DNA of 63,214 nt, counting the filler, from Octopus bimaculoides (Eukaryota), in NCBI RefSeq assembly GCF_001194135.2. It is 6 parts of 6 records of this genome, joined end to end, with 100 filler letters (N's around TTAATTAATTAA, not from the genome) between each part and the next. Parts side by side here need not be neighbours in the genome. Positions count along the whole stretch, not along the records: positions 1 to 30,371 come from NC_068994.1; 5 more parts are not named here. One strand, written 5' to 3'. Position numbers and translations under genes: made by a program. Positions 14,068-24,530 of the stretch are shown one piece after another. The notes beneath the pieces were generated by a model. It was not told the DNA's origin, did not search any database, and was given only the letters and a program-made list of their open reading frames with translations. Each line of letters starts with the position of its first letter. Position 1 is the stretch's first letter.

Positions 14068-14455
14068 ACTCCTTTACTTGTTTCAGTCATTTGACTGCGG
14101 CCATGCTGGAGCACCACCTTTAGTCGAGAAAATCGACCCAGGGACTTATTCTTTGTAAGCCTAGTAATTATTCTATCGGTCTCTTTTTGCCGAACCGCTA
14201 AGTTACGGGGAGGTAAACACACCAGCATCGGTTGTCAAGCAAAGGTGTGGGGACAAACACAGACACACAAACACAGATACATATATATATATATATATAT
14301 ATGATGGGCTTCGTTCAGTTTCCGTCTACCAAATCCACTCACAAGGCTTTGGTCGGCCTGAGGCTATAGTAGAAGACACTTGCCCAAGGTGCCACGCAGT
14401 GAAACTGAACCCGGAACCATGTGGTTGGTAAGCAAGCCACTTACCACACAGCCAC
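14068..14455 (-). mobile_element. SINE family A, full length
   Basis: Reverse complement of the 17952-18360 copy. Confidence 0.9.
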
Positions 14456-14970
14456 ACAATCATCAATATCCCATTACTATAACTGTATAAATAGCCATGG
14501 GCTAATTTAAGAAATGTACTTCTGTGGTAAGGCATTAATCGCAGAAGCATTAAAGAGTAATCAGATTATCATCTTCATTTTATGAACTGATATTTACACT
14601 GTGTCTTTTGGTGTTCTCTCAGATTATTTTCTGATATGATAATCACATATACAATTACCAGTACCTAAAGGTGCAGTTGAATGCTAGTGAAAATCCTAAT
14701 TTCAAAGTAAAGTACGTATGTAAATATGACACGATATCTATACTATAATAACCTTTTATCAATGACCAAAGTATATACTAGTCAAAGTGTAACAAACAGG
14801 ATTAGCTTAATGGCATAATCAATCATTATAGTAAATATATTAGACTAGTTTGTTAGTTTCATGACTTCAACACCAAGCACTTGGTTAACTATCTACTGCT
14901 TCGTGTCTCAAAGATAATTCTTTAACAGACAAGCTTTGTTATTTGTAAATAGGTGCCATGATAAAGTATA

Positions 14971-15170
14971 TCATCATCATCATTTAATGTCCGCTTTCCA
15001 TGCTAGCATGGGTTGGACGATTTGACTGAGGACTGGTGGAGCCCAAAGGCTACACCAGGCTCCAATCTGATTTGGCAGAGTTTCTACAGCTGGATGCCCT
15101 TCCTAATGCCAACCACTCCAAGAGTGTAGTAGGTGCTTTTACGTGTCACCTGCACGAAGGCCAGTCAGGC
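14971..15170 (-). mobile_element. Repeat family C (AGGAAGGGCATCCAGCTGTAGAAA core, (GAT)n tail; SINE-like)
   Basis: Copies at ~84-250(+), 578-775(-), 9436-9552(+), 9640-9830(-), 26158-26390(-), 28600-28790(-). Confidence 0.8.
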
Positions 15171-17172
15171 GATACTGTATATAAAGTATATATCAATGTA
15201 ATGCATGGGAGTGGGGGGGGTGATTTGAAAATAGGTGTGTACACTTATTCTGTTACTTGTTACACTAATTAAACCACAGCCATGCTGGAGCACTTCCTTA
15301 AAAGATTTAAATCAACTACAATACTTTCAAGTCTGGTACTTAATCTGACAGTCTCTAATTGCTTGAATGCTAAGTTACAGAGATGTAAACAAAACAACAC
15401 CACATGCTTACACACACACACACACACACACAAACACATTCCATACAGTTTCCATCTACCAAATTCACAAGATATCAGCCAGTCCAAGGTTATAATAGAA
15501 GACAAATGCTGAAGGTACAGCAAAGTAGGATTGAATTTAAAACCAGATGAATGTGAAGTGAACTTCTCAGTCATACAGCCATACTTGCACCTTAAATTTG
15601 TTTCTTTTTTTTAATACCTGGATGCCTTTCTTTTCATGAACCATTCATATCTCAGACAGACTGAAATCCATAAAGTAATAATCAGAACACAATACTTATA
15701 AAGTTGGAACTGAGATCATTAAGTGAAACCTCTTATCTATCTTAATATTCTTACAGATACTGAATAACTGTGTGTGAGTGTGTGTATAAAAAGACCACCT
15801 TTGGTCATAAATGCCCATAGGATTGCAGCTAGAAAGTTCCTCTCTAAGGCACAATTCTAGGCAAGGTTGTTTATGAAAGACCAGCAGTCGCCCATGCATA
15901 CCAGTCTCCCCTCTACACACCACCAATGTTATCCAAGGGAAAGGCAAAAACCAGTACAGCTTGGCACCAGTGACATTGCAACTAATTACTACAGCTGAGT
16001 GAGCTGCAGCAGCATGAGATAAAGTGTCTTGCTCAATAACACAACACACAGCCCAGTCCGGGAATCGAACTCACTACATCAAGACTGTGAGCCCAACGTT
16101 CTAACTACTGCACCTTCACTTCCCAGAGCATCGTGACATGTAATCACAGAGATATGAGTTTGAGTCCACAGCTAACCACCTACACTTTTTTCTGCAAAAT
16201 AGGGGTAGTTTATCCTGTTCAGGCTATATTATTAGCATTATCCTGCATTTGAGAATTTAAATATATATTCGCCATGCTGGACCACTGAACTCTACAGGTT
16301 TTTTTCATTCTCTCTCTATTTATTTCCTTTTATTCTTTTCTGTCAAAAAGTATAGGCTCAAAACACAAAAGATTTCCATTTTTCCCGGACGTCAAACTAA
16401 TACACTTGTTTGTTGTTCCTACACCTGTCTTCGTCTTTTGTCTCTCTATAAATTTCAACACAGAATTTTGTCAGTGAACAGGTCACAGTCTCAAAGTGAC
16501 GAAAATATTTTGACAAATTAAATTTAAATGTTGAAGTGAATCTAACGGTTTTTGTGTGTTTCTTAAATGGCTTATAAGCACCTTCCACGCTGCAATTGTT
16601 TTCGTTCCAGCACACGATCTCAGATCAGGTCACTTGCTATGCAAGTACATCTCCGTAATTCCGAAAGCTTGAGCCAGGCTGCCAAAACTTTGAGGAAAGC
16701 CATTACTTGTTGTTATATATTTATTTATTTGAAAGTGGTACAAAATACCTCATATGAAACATCATGGCTGCAGGCCAGTGGTTGCTGGTTAAATGCTTTA
16801 GCCTCTAGCGCTTGAGCATTTAAACCAGCTTTATCTGGCCCATATATTCTACTTGTTTTATGTTCACACTGGCTAGATCTGGCCTTTCACACTACCCAAC
16901 AATGTCATTCTAAAAATAAGCAATCACGTCACTGAAATCTGCAAGCTACAACATAATGCATGATTAATTAAAGATATTCTGAATAAATAATTATTACATT
17001 TGACAGATTAATCTGAAAGCTAAATAGTTAAAATACTAGTAGCTTTTGGTGGAAGTGTAAATTATATAATTTAGGCAACAAGTTTTTATAGTTAGAATTT
17101 AAAAAAGTATATACTTTAGTCTCCGTTCATAAAAGATTAAAAATAAATTTGACAAAGAACAGAATAACTCAC

Positions 17173-17286
17173 CAGTTGAAAAAAGTGTAGTGCCGATGTA
17201 CGCCACTTGACCAAAAACTCCTTTACCAATCACTTCCACTCGAGTACCAACCTTTATCCGATCACCCATCTTCGGAATTTGAATGG
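17173..17286 (-). CDS. DCTN1: Dynactin subunit 1 (p150Glued) exon, first half of CAP-Gly domain
   Basis: Minus strand reads (A)IQIPK-MGDRIKVGTRVEVIGKGVFGQVAYIGTTLFST(G), matching the p150Glued CAP-Gly N-half. Acceptor tttatattgcag (AG 17288-17287), donor G|GTGAGT (GT 17172-17171); in-frame ATG at 17269; phase 1 at both ends. Confidence 0.96.
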
Positions 17287-17951
17287 CTGCAATATAAACA
17301 AAGACAAAATCTCAAATGTAGTCATGAATGCAATAATTTACTAACTAAGTTACATAATACAAGCAGTTTTTATTTAGCCTTTCTCGAGGGAACAGAAGTA
17401 CAAAGTCAGCCTGTGTAGATATTGAACAAAAATGTATGATACCAAATCAGAATCCTCAAAATGCACTAATATTTGGTTAGTCCACATTACTCCATAAAGA
17501 GCATATGGTTGGTTTCCCAGGAGCTTCTGTGTAATCTTTTGACTTAGTCAGGGGTTCAACATCTCCCCATAATAAATTCCTGAATGTCTTTAAAACTGAA
17601 CTACATACTTCAAGCCCTACATCTCAAGTGAGAAAATTTTTTGTAATGTCATGCTAACTGCCACCTTATCTCAAATTCATCCATCCCTTTTCTCAACCCA
17701 CTATTACTGAGAAGGTCATGAGAGTGGACTCTTCTCTTAATTATAAAACTGTACTATTTTATAATGTAGGAATGATGACAAGGAAGCGATAACATCGGGG
17801 GAAATGGCCATGTCAAATATGCAGAAAAGAAGGCAGAAACCCCATATAATGTAGTATTCATGATCTATGAGTACACAAGTAGTGTAGTGGAATCAAAGAC
17901 AGACTGAAAGTAAATAGAAAATCTCTCTCTCACAAATATATATCTGTGTAT

Positions 17952-18125
17952 AGGCATAGGAATGGCTGTGTGATAAGTAGCTTGCTTACCAACCACATGG
18001 TTCCGGGTTCAGTCCCACTGCGTGGCACCTTGGGCAAGTGTCTTCTACTATAGCCTCGGGCTGACCAAAGCCTTGTGAGTGGATTTGGTAGATGGAAACT
18101 GAAAGAAGCCCGTCGTGTATATATG

Positions 18126-18160
<35 letters not shown>

Positions 18161-18360
18161 TTGTGTCTGTGTTTGTCCCCCACCATCGCTTGACAACCGA
18201 TGGTGGTGTGTTTACGTCCCCGTAACTTAGCAGTTAGGCAAAAAGAGACTGATAGAATAAGTACTAGGCTTACAAAGAATAAGTCCTGGGATCGATTAGC
18301 TCGACTAAAAAGGCGGTGCTCCAGCATGGCCGCAGTCAAATGACTGAAACAAGTAAAAGA
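17952..18360 (+). mobile_element. SINE family A, full length (tRNA head, ACCTTGGGCAAGT CORE-like box, internal microsatellite, ...GACTGAAACAAGTAAAAGA tail)
   Basis: Near-identical to copies at 6062-6450 and 14068-14455. Partial copies at ~5676-6008, 13036-13296, 15275-15580, 32586-32758, 34523-34690, 41545-41772, 43013-43175, 46109-46260, 50837-51138, 52353-52900, 58075-58195, 61125-61352, 63058-63195. Confidence 0.9.
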
Positions 18361-18500
18361 GTGTATATGTGTGTGTGTGTGTGTGTGTGTATGCATGTGG
18401 TTGCGTATATATATATCTATTGAATGTTGGATAATGAATGAAAGAATGTGATCATGAACACAAGGTGCTATCAAAACGTATCCAGACTAGTTATGTCTAA

Positions 18501-18720
18501 CCCTTTCAATACCAACCCAGCTGAAACCGCCTGTCTCTGTAGTACAAATGCCTTGTTTTCATAAGTTTTGAATTAAAATTTTCCACCAAACCTTAGTCAC
18601 AATTTATGTTCCTAACACTGGCTTAATGACAACTAAGTTATTTCACTAAATTCTTTGTTATATTTAAAGTTAATTGAAAGAAGCACAGAGCATCTCAAAA
18701 TAAATACGGTAACGAAAGGG
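18501..18720. mobile_element. piggyBac-type MITE, family 1, nested in a mariner remnant
   Basis: Reverse complement of the 1060-1281 copy; flanks CTAA/TTAA. Confidence 0.85.
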
Positions 18721-19219
18721 TTAATAAAAAATAAATTAAGTTTTAACGTCATCTCCCTCGAAATAGTCACCTTGCACAGCAATACACCAGTCCCAGCATT
18801 CCTGATAATTTTGGAATACAGCCTGGGGGTCATTTTCGGTAAGCAAGTGAAGGACCTTCTTCAATTCACTTTAGATCTTGACAACAGTGTTAAAACAGAA
18901 CAGTTGAGCTGCATTTTCATCTTGGAGAAGAGATGGAAGTCTGCAGGTGCTAAATTTGGTATTTAGGATGGGTGCGGAAGCAATACCATGTTATTTTTGG
19001 CAAGAAACTCACGAGTGAGGAGAGCTCAGTGACAGGGGGAATTATTGTCGTGAAGAATCCAATTCTCCACAGATTCGGTTGCTTTTGCTGAATGTCCTCT
19101 CTCAAATACTTCAAGACATCATAGTAGAACTCTCGCTTGACAGTCTGGCCCTGGGGGACAAATTCTCAATGCCCAATACCACATTTCCGAGGGTGACATT
19201 TGTGGAAGGTCTTCTAGAT

Positions 19220-19527
19220 CAGGGGTTTTCAAACTGTGGTCCGCGGACCACAGAGGGTCCGCAAGGACAAGACAGGGGGTCCGCAAGGACATGACAGGGA
19301 GTTCGTGGACAGCAAATACTTTTTATGGACAATTTGATTCTATATATGTTTTTTAATCAAAATCTTTTAATTGACAATAAACCTATTTGTTAAATGCTGT
19401 TAAATAAATAAATGTAAAAAATATATGTTATTTTAAGCAAATATTTATGTATAAATTTCATAAGCGTTTATAAGGTAAAGCCTGAAATATAAAGGGGTCC
19501 GCAAGTCAAAAAGTTTGAAAACCTCTG
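19220..19527. mobile_element. hAT (Charlie-type) MITE nested in a mariner remnant
   Basis: TIR CAG(G/A)GGTTTTCAAACT; perfect 8-bp TSD TTCTAGAT (19212-19219, 19528-19535). Confidence 0.92.
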
Positions 19528-20486
19528 TTCTAGATCACTCATTGTCTTCCAAGGATGCTCTTCCACTCTTGAAGCGCCCATACCACTCAAAACATTGCCT
19601 CATTATCATAAGCTTGCCAAAGCATGCTCAATGTCTCTGTAGCAGAGACATTCTCAAGTTTGACACAAAATTTCACATTGGTTTTTTTTTTCTTTTTGTT
19701 CCTGTCCATGACAAAATCGCAAACTACAGCATACAGGTGATCACAAAAACACAAATTTCACAACTTGTGAATTAAACACAGTGATGTCACTCAGAACATT
19801 GCCTCAGGAAGGTCACTGCCAACTCTCACTATGCATGCAACTGTGTGCTGCCATCTGTTGGTGCACTACAGAATTAGTCTGGGAACTTTTTGATACCACC
19901 TCGTACAAGTGGCCAAAACGGGGTTCCCCTGAAGGGTCTCTAGAGTAACTTTGCTCAACAGGGTGCATAACTTGGAGACGAGGGAGTCTCTACAGGTTAA
20001 TTCGCTACTTCTCTGCATGGAGAGGAAACAGAATTTGCACAATACATGTAGCAGAGTTTATTCATATATTCCAAGCTGAGACTTCATTCCACTGATTGCA
20101 TGAGTAAGTTTCTTGTAATGACCAAAAATTTGGAGTAAATAACCAATTCAAACTTCATCTTTCAGTAAACTAACATATATGTACATCATCATTATGCTCA
20201 CTCACTGTTAAGAATTTGATTCCAATGAATTCATTTTACATGTTCTAAGATGGCTGCATAGGATAATGTTTGGCCAGAAAGAACTTTGACAAGGGGGCCA
20301 TGAATTGGAGTGCAGTTGGGACTAAGTATCCTCATTGTTGGCCCTTTTTTCTTAACTTTATTATCATTACTTACAATGTAGTTACATCCAAAATGGTATT
20401 TGTACCTTCCTCATGGTCCAGTAAAGTCTTCAAAGTCCAATAATTACACACACACACACACATTCCATTTTGGTGGAGTCAATCTG

Positions 20487-20529
20487 TTGCAATATATATT
20501 TCTACCTATTTGGGTTTCATCAGTAGCAA
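20487..20529 (-). ncRNA. Degenerate minimal hammerhead motif in a DCTN1 intron (sense)
   Basis: TTGCTA-CTGATGA-AACC(CAAATA)GGTA-GAAA-TATATA-TTGCAA; stem I 5 of 6 bp, stem II 3 bp with an A-A closing mismatch. Confidence 0.45.
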
Positions 20530-21063
20530 GTATCCATTAGCAACTACAGATAATTTCAAATGTTGATAAGTCAGCAATTTTGGGGAAGGGAGTAAGTTGA
20601 TTACATCAACCCCAGTACTCAACTGGTACTTATTTTATTGACCCTGAAAGGATGAAAGGCAAAGTCGACCTCAGTAGAATTTGAACTCAGAACTTGAAGA
20701 CGGACAAAATGCCACTAAGCATTTTGCCCGCCATGCTAATGATTCTGCAAATCACTGCCTTAACCAAAATAAAACATTAATCTCCACTATGGTATTGAGC
20801 ACTCTTTTTTTCTGACAGTCAACACTAAACAGACATACAGCATGCATACATTTTCACACTGAAGAAAACAATATTTTGTAGCAGGTTTACCCAACGTACA
20901 ACAAATATGTCAAACAAGTTATTTTATTAATATTGCCATTCACTTATAACTATATAGTTAAGCACTAAAAATTGATTTATTAAGTACTAATTTCTCCAAT
21001 CAAAAACAAGGATTTTGAAAATATTCTGAAATCCTGTTCATATTAACGATCTTAAGAATTTGT

Positions 21064-21290
21064 CTATTCTGCCTTTATTACTTTTTGATTTTCGTCGAGC
21101 TCATGCGGTACCTGTTTATTGAGCTTTTTCACCATACCAATCTTCTGCAGATCACGCGAGACCATTGCAATACCGACAGCAAGTGCCTGAGACATTTCTC
21201 TGACACTTTGACATGGGTTTTGTTCAACAATTGCTTTTAGTTGTTTATTGTCAAGACTGCACAACCAGCCTGTACCTTCTTCGTTACCAT
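21064..21290 (-). mobile_element. Mariner transposase fragment (HTH region)
   Basis: LDNKQLKAIVEQNPCQSVREMSQALAV...LQKIGMVKKLNKQVPHEL (degenerate WVPHEL motif). Confidence 0.8.
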
Positions 21291-23775
21291 GCTCTCATCA
21301 CCACTATGGAATTTCTGAAACCACCTTCATACTTTGGACCCCTCTACCCATGCTCTGTTGATATTGGCAGTGATTTGGAAGGCATTGTACCCAAGCTTGA
21401 ACTCCTACAAGAAAAGTAAGCAAAGTTCCTTTTTTTGTCATGTTAATAATTAAGGGCGCCTATGATTCAAGAATGTTTTCTGTCTGAAATAAGTAGAAAA
21501 TTATTTAAGAGCATACATCAATTACTAAGTATGTCGAAATTCCCCTAAAATATAATTAAAATACCAGGATAAAATTGTGTTTCAAAACACAACACTTAGA
21601 GCAGCCATTATTTTCGGAACAACCGAATACATACAGACAGACACAAAGGCTGACAGGTGCTACAACTGATGTTTAATTCAGTCACAAGGCCTCCAATTCT
21701 GAAAGATATAGTTGTATGGACCTTAATATTGACTTTGCTTTTCATCCTTTTGGGATCGATAAAATAAGTACCAGTTGAGTACTGGGATGGATTTAATCGA
21801 CATCTCTCTCTCTCTCTGGAAATTGCTGACCTTGTGCCAAAATTTGAAATCCATGTTCGAGTGTTACTTGTTTTGTTTACTGTGACAAAGCAAAGGTATA
21901 CAACTAATCACCATTAGGCATTTTGTCTGCTGCCATTGATTCTGCTAATCTACATAATGCATTACAAATTACTTACCTTAAATATATATTTCATTAAAAA
22001 AAACAAAAACCTGTTCCAGTTACATGCTTATTCTATTCAAGATTATTCAGCTTTTTCTTAGTTCATTATGCCACAAGCATTCGGACCTGATCTCCAGTTG
22101 AGGACAACCCCTTACATTCCCACTCCCTTGAAAAGGCCACTGACTGTCTCATATAGGTGACAAAGACATATTAATGAATGAAATTAAATATAACCACCCT
22201 CCTCTCTCCCTTGACACTAAAAACATGGAATTAACTTTCAAGTAAATTAATTTTATCACTTTGATAATCAGTTTTGGATTGTGGTCATTTAATACGGATA
22301 AATAAGTATAAACTTGATACAATTTCCTTCTATGCACCTAGAAATAAATATTGGTGACTTATGTGTCAAGTAAGAAATCTATAATAAATTTGTAACGCAT
22401 CAATCTTAGTAGGACAGTGATATTGCCTCAAGCTTTTTGTGTTTTTTTTTAGGTGGAGAGTGAGGGGAGAGGGTTCAGACTGGACGTTTTACAATAAATT
22501 ATTTAATCATTAACGATTGCAGCGTGGGTTCAACTCTCAATAGGGTTATTAAGCAACCAGATTAATATTGCTTTAATTCAATGTATCACACTTCGTCCTC
22601 TACAAAGTTGACCTCGTCCCTAATCGGAAAAAAAAAAATCGATATTTTAAATAATGATTTTTTTAAACCATAAAATACTGTTCAAATCTATAAATAGCTA
22701 TGAAAATAAGTAGTTACAAAATTTACGCGTTGTTTTTGGCCTCAGGTCGGAACTAATCGCGGTATTTTATATGACTGGGCTTTTTCAAGCGGTATATCTC
22801 AGCCTAAATTTTCTAATGCGTCCTTATTTTAAGATATAAAGGAGACTTGGCTGCTATTTCTAGCAGATCATGTTCACGCGTTTTCGCCTTGAGAATACTC
22901 ATGCCCCGAGTAGTATGTTGTTTACCCACCAAATCAACCTTGTCGTTCCATTTATGACCAGCCTGTCTTTTTTTTTTTCACACACACACCCCACCCCAAC
23001 AGTATATCGGAGTACATTATCTAAAGTGGGTTCTCTTTTCAAAACAATAGGCTGCGATTTCGTGGTATATTTGACGGTCTGACTAATATTTCTTGTTTGT
23101 TGAGTGACCATGTAAAGGTCGCTCATCGAGTGTTAATGAATGAAAGTTGGTAGCGATTCTGCGTTGCCGAAATATCAATCAAATTTGATAGTACTCGGTG
23201 ATTTTAAATAGACTTGCAACAACAACTAATAGACTCTGCGTTTAAGATAAGAAACAGGAAAAATTAAAAATAATAACGGGGTGACATAGTAAACGCATAT
23301 GTTGAGATGAAGCAATAAAAAGAATGTCAAATTTTTAGAATGCATAGCATCAAAATAGGGAGGAAGGGGGTTAATTAAATGCGTTTAATTAGTCATATTC
23401 TAAAAGCCTATAAATGCAAATTCAACTAAATTTTAGTGAGAAGTTAGTCGAAATGAGAAATCAAAGCAAAAATTAGGGGAGGATGTGTCGAGATTTTTAT
23501 AAATTCCAGGAGTAGTATTTTGCTTCGGCCTTCTACATTCCGAGTTCAATTCAAGCAGGGGCCAACTCTGCTGTCGATAGAATAAATAACCTGTCAATTA
23601 TCGGGATTAATTTATATTCTTATAATGTATCTTGAATATGAATGTGGTTAAAACGTATAAAATTAAATCGTTACAATTATCCTGAGTCATATCTGCTGCA
23701 AGGATGGAGATGAAAGTTGAATAATAATAATAATAATAATAACGACGGATCAACGGTTCAGGAAATTCAGCTCAC

Positions 23776-23983
23776 CTCCGAAATTGTGCGATCCTACTTT
23801 TTCTTGAAAAATTGGGGATCGAAATGTAGCAGACAGGGGTCGTTTATTCGTGGGTAGGGCAGATAAAGAAACACATCGCCTCGCTATAAAGGAACCGCTT
23901 CTTCGTCGAGGGGTTTTATGTACGGGAAACGGTGAAGGAGCAGCATCAGAAGATTCATTGGGTGCTTTTCGGGGAGTAGACAT
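23776..23983 (-). CDS. DCTN1: Probable N-terminal coding exon of a long DCTN1 isoform (MSTPRK...SHNFG)
   Basis: ATG at 23983 in aTC-ATG context (A at -3), 69 open codons, strong donor GAG|GTGAGC at 23775. The phase-1 end splices in frame onto the 17286 exon (G+CC=Ala-Ile-Gln-Ile-Pro-Lys-Met). Possible acceptor ctattgcag at 24068-24067. Confidence 0.7.
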
Positions 23984-24285
23984 GATGAATAGCGGAAAAA
24001 ATGTGGTTTCAGTAAATATGCATGTATATAAATCGGGCGTATGTGCTGACCGTAATTAACTAAAGCCTGCAATAGATTAACGGAATCTGTTGCGTCAACC
24101 TTATTTATTTATAAACTCACCGTCTGAAAATAGTCATTCTATAGCTATTTATATGCAAATAGGTATCAGTTTTTTAAAAAATAGACTTGATATCTTTGGA
24201 TATGTAAATATATTACAAAAGGAAAAGAATGAAAAGCATAGCAAATCTAAATTAAAGAAGAAGGCTTACCGATGACAGAACTTAC

Positions 24286-24340
24286 CTTTTTCACTGATGT
24301 CACAAATGGCGAATGATATGAACCGCTTAGAAAGCTTATG
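24286..24340 (-). other. DCTN1: Probable non-coding first exon of DCTN1 (5' end approximate)
   Basis: Consensus donor AAG|GTAAGT at 24285 and a second CG|GTAAGC at 24269. No ATG in the segment; carries a CGCCATTTG YY1-type motif; lies just opposite the VPS51 start. Confidence 0.55.
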
Positions 24341-24517
24341 TTATTGTAAAGTTTATTGATATTGATTAATTTCATTAATTAATGATACTATTTTAATTTC
24401 GTTGTTACAACAATTAATAAATATTTTAAAATGTACATTAGTAGTTGTTAAATATTTTTATTAATTTTTGTTTGTAAATTTTATATCGTAAGGAGCCTTA
24501 CGATTAAAAAGATGGCG
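24290..24517. promoter_or_regulatory. Bidirectional promoter shared by DCTN1 (-) and VPS51 (+)
   Basis: Divergent first exons ~200 bp apart. YY1-type ATGGCG motifs at 24303-24311 and 24509-24517. Embedded in a visibly CpG-rich zone (~22450-25460). Confidence 0.75.
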
Positions 24518-24530
24518 TCGACACCAGGAG
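24512..24530 (+). CDS. VPS51: VPS51 (GARP/EARP subunit) coding exon 1: MASTPG
   Basis: aaaagATGGCGTCGACACCAGGAG|GTAAGA; 19 nt, phase 1, joins the 27330 exon in frame (G+AT=Asp). Confidence 0.85.

Larger units (their letters stand above)
18459..19905 (-). mobile_element. Decayed, internally deleted mariner element hosting two MITEs
   Basis: TIRs (TA)CGAGGTGGTATCAAAAAGTTCCCAGACTA at 19905 and a degenerate mate at 18459. Minus-strand peptides include FEWYGRFKSGRASLEDNE and WDWCIAVQGDYFEGD (mariner transposase N- and C-termini). Confidence 0.85.
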
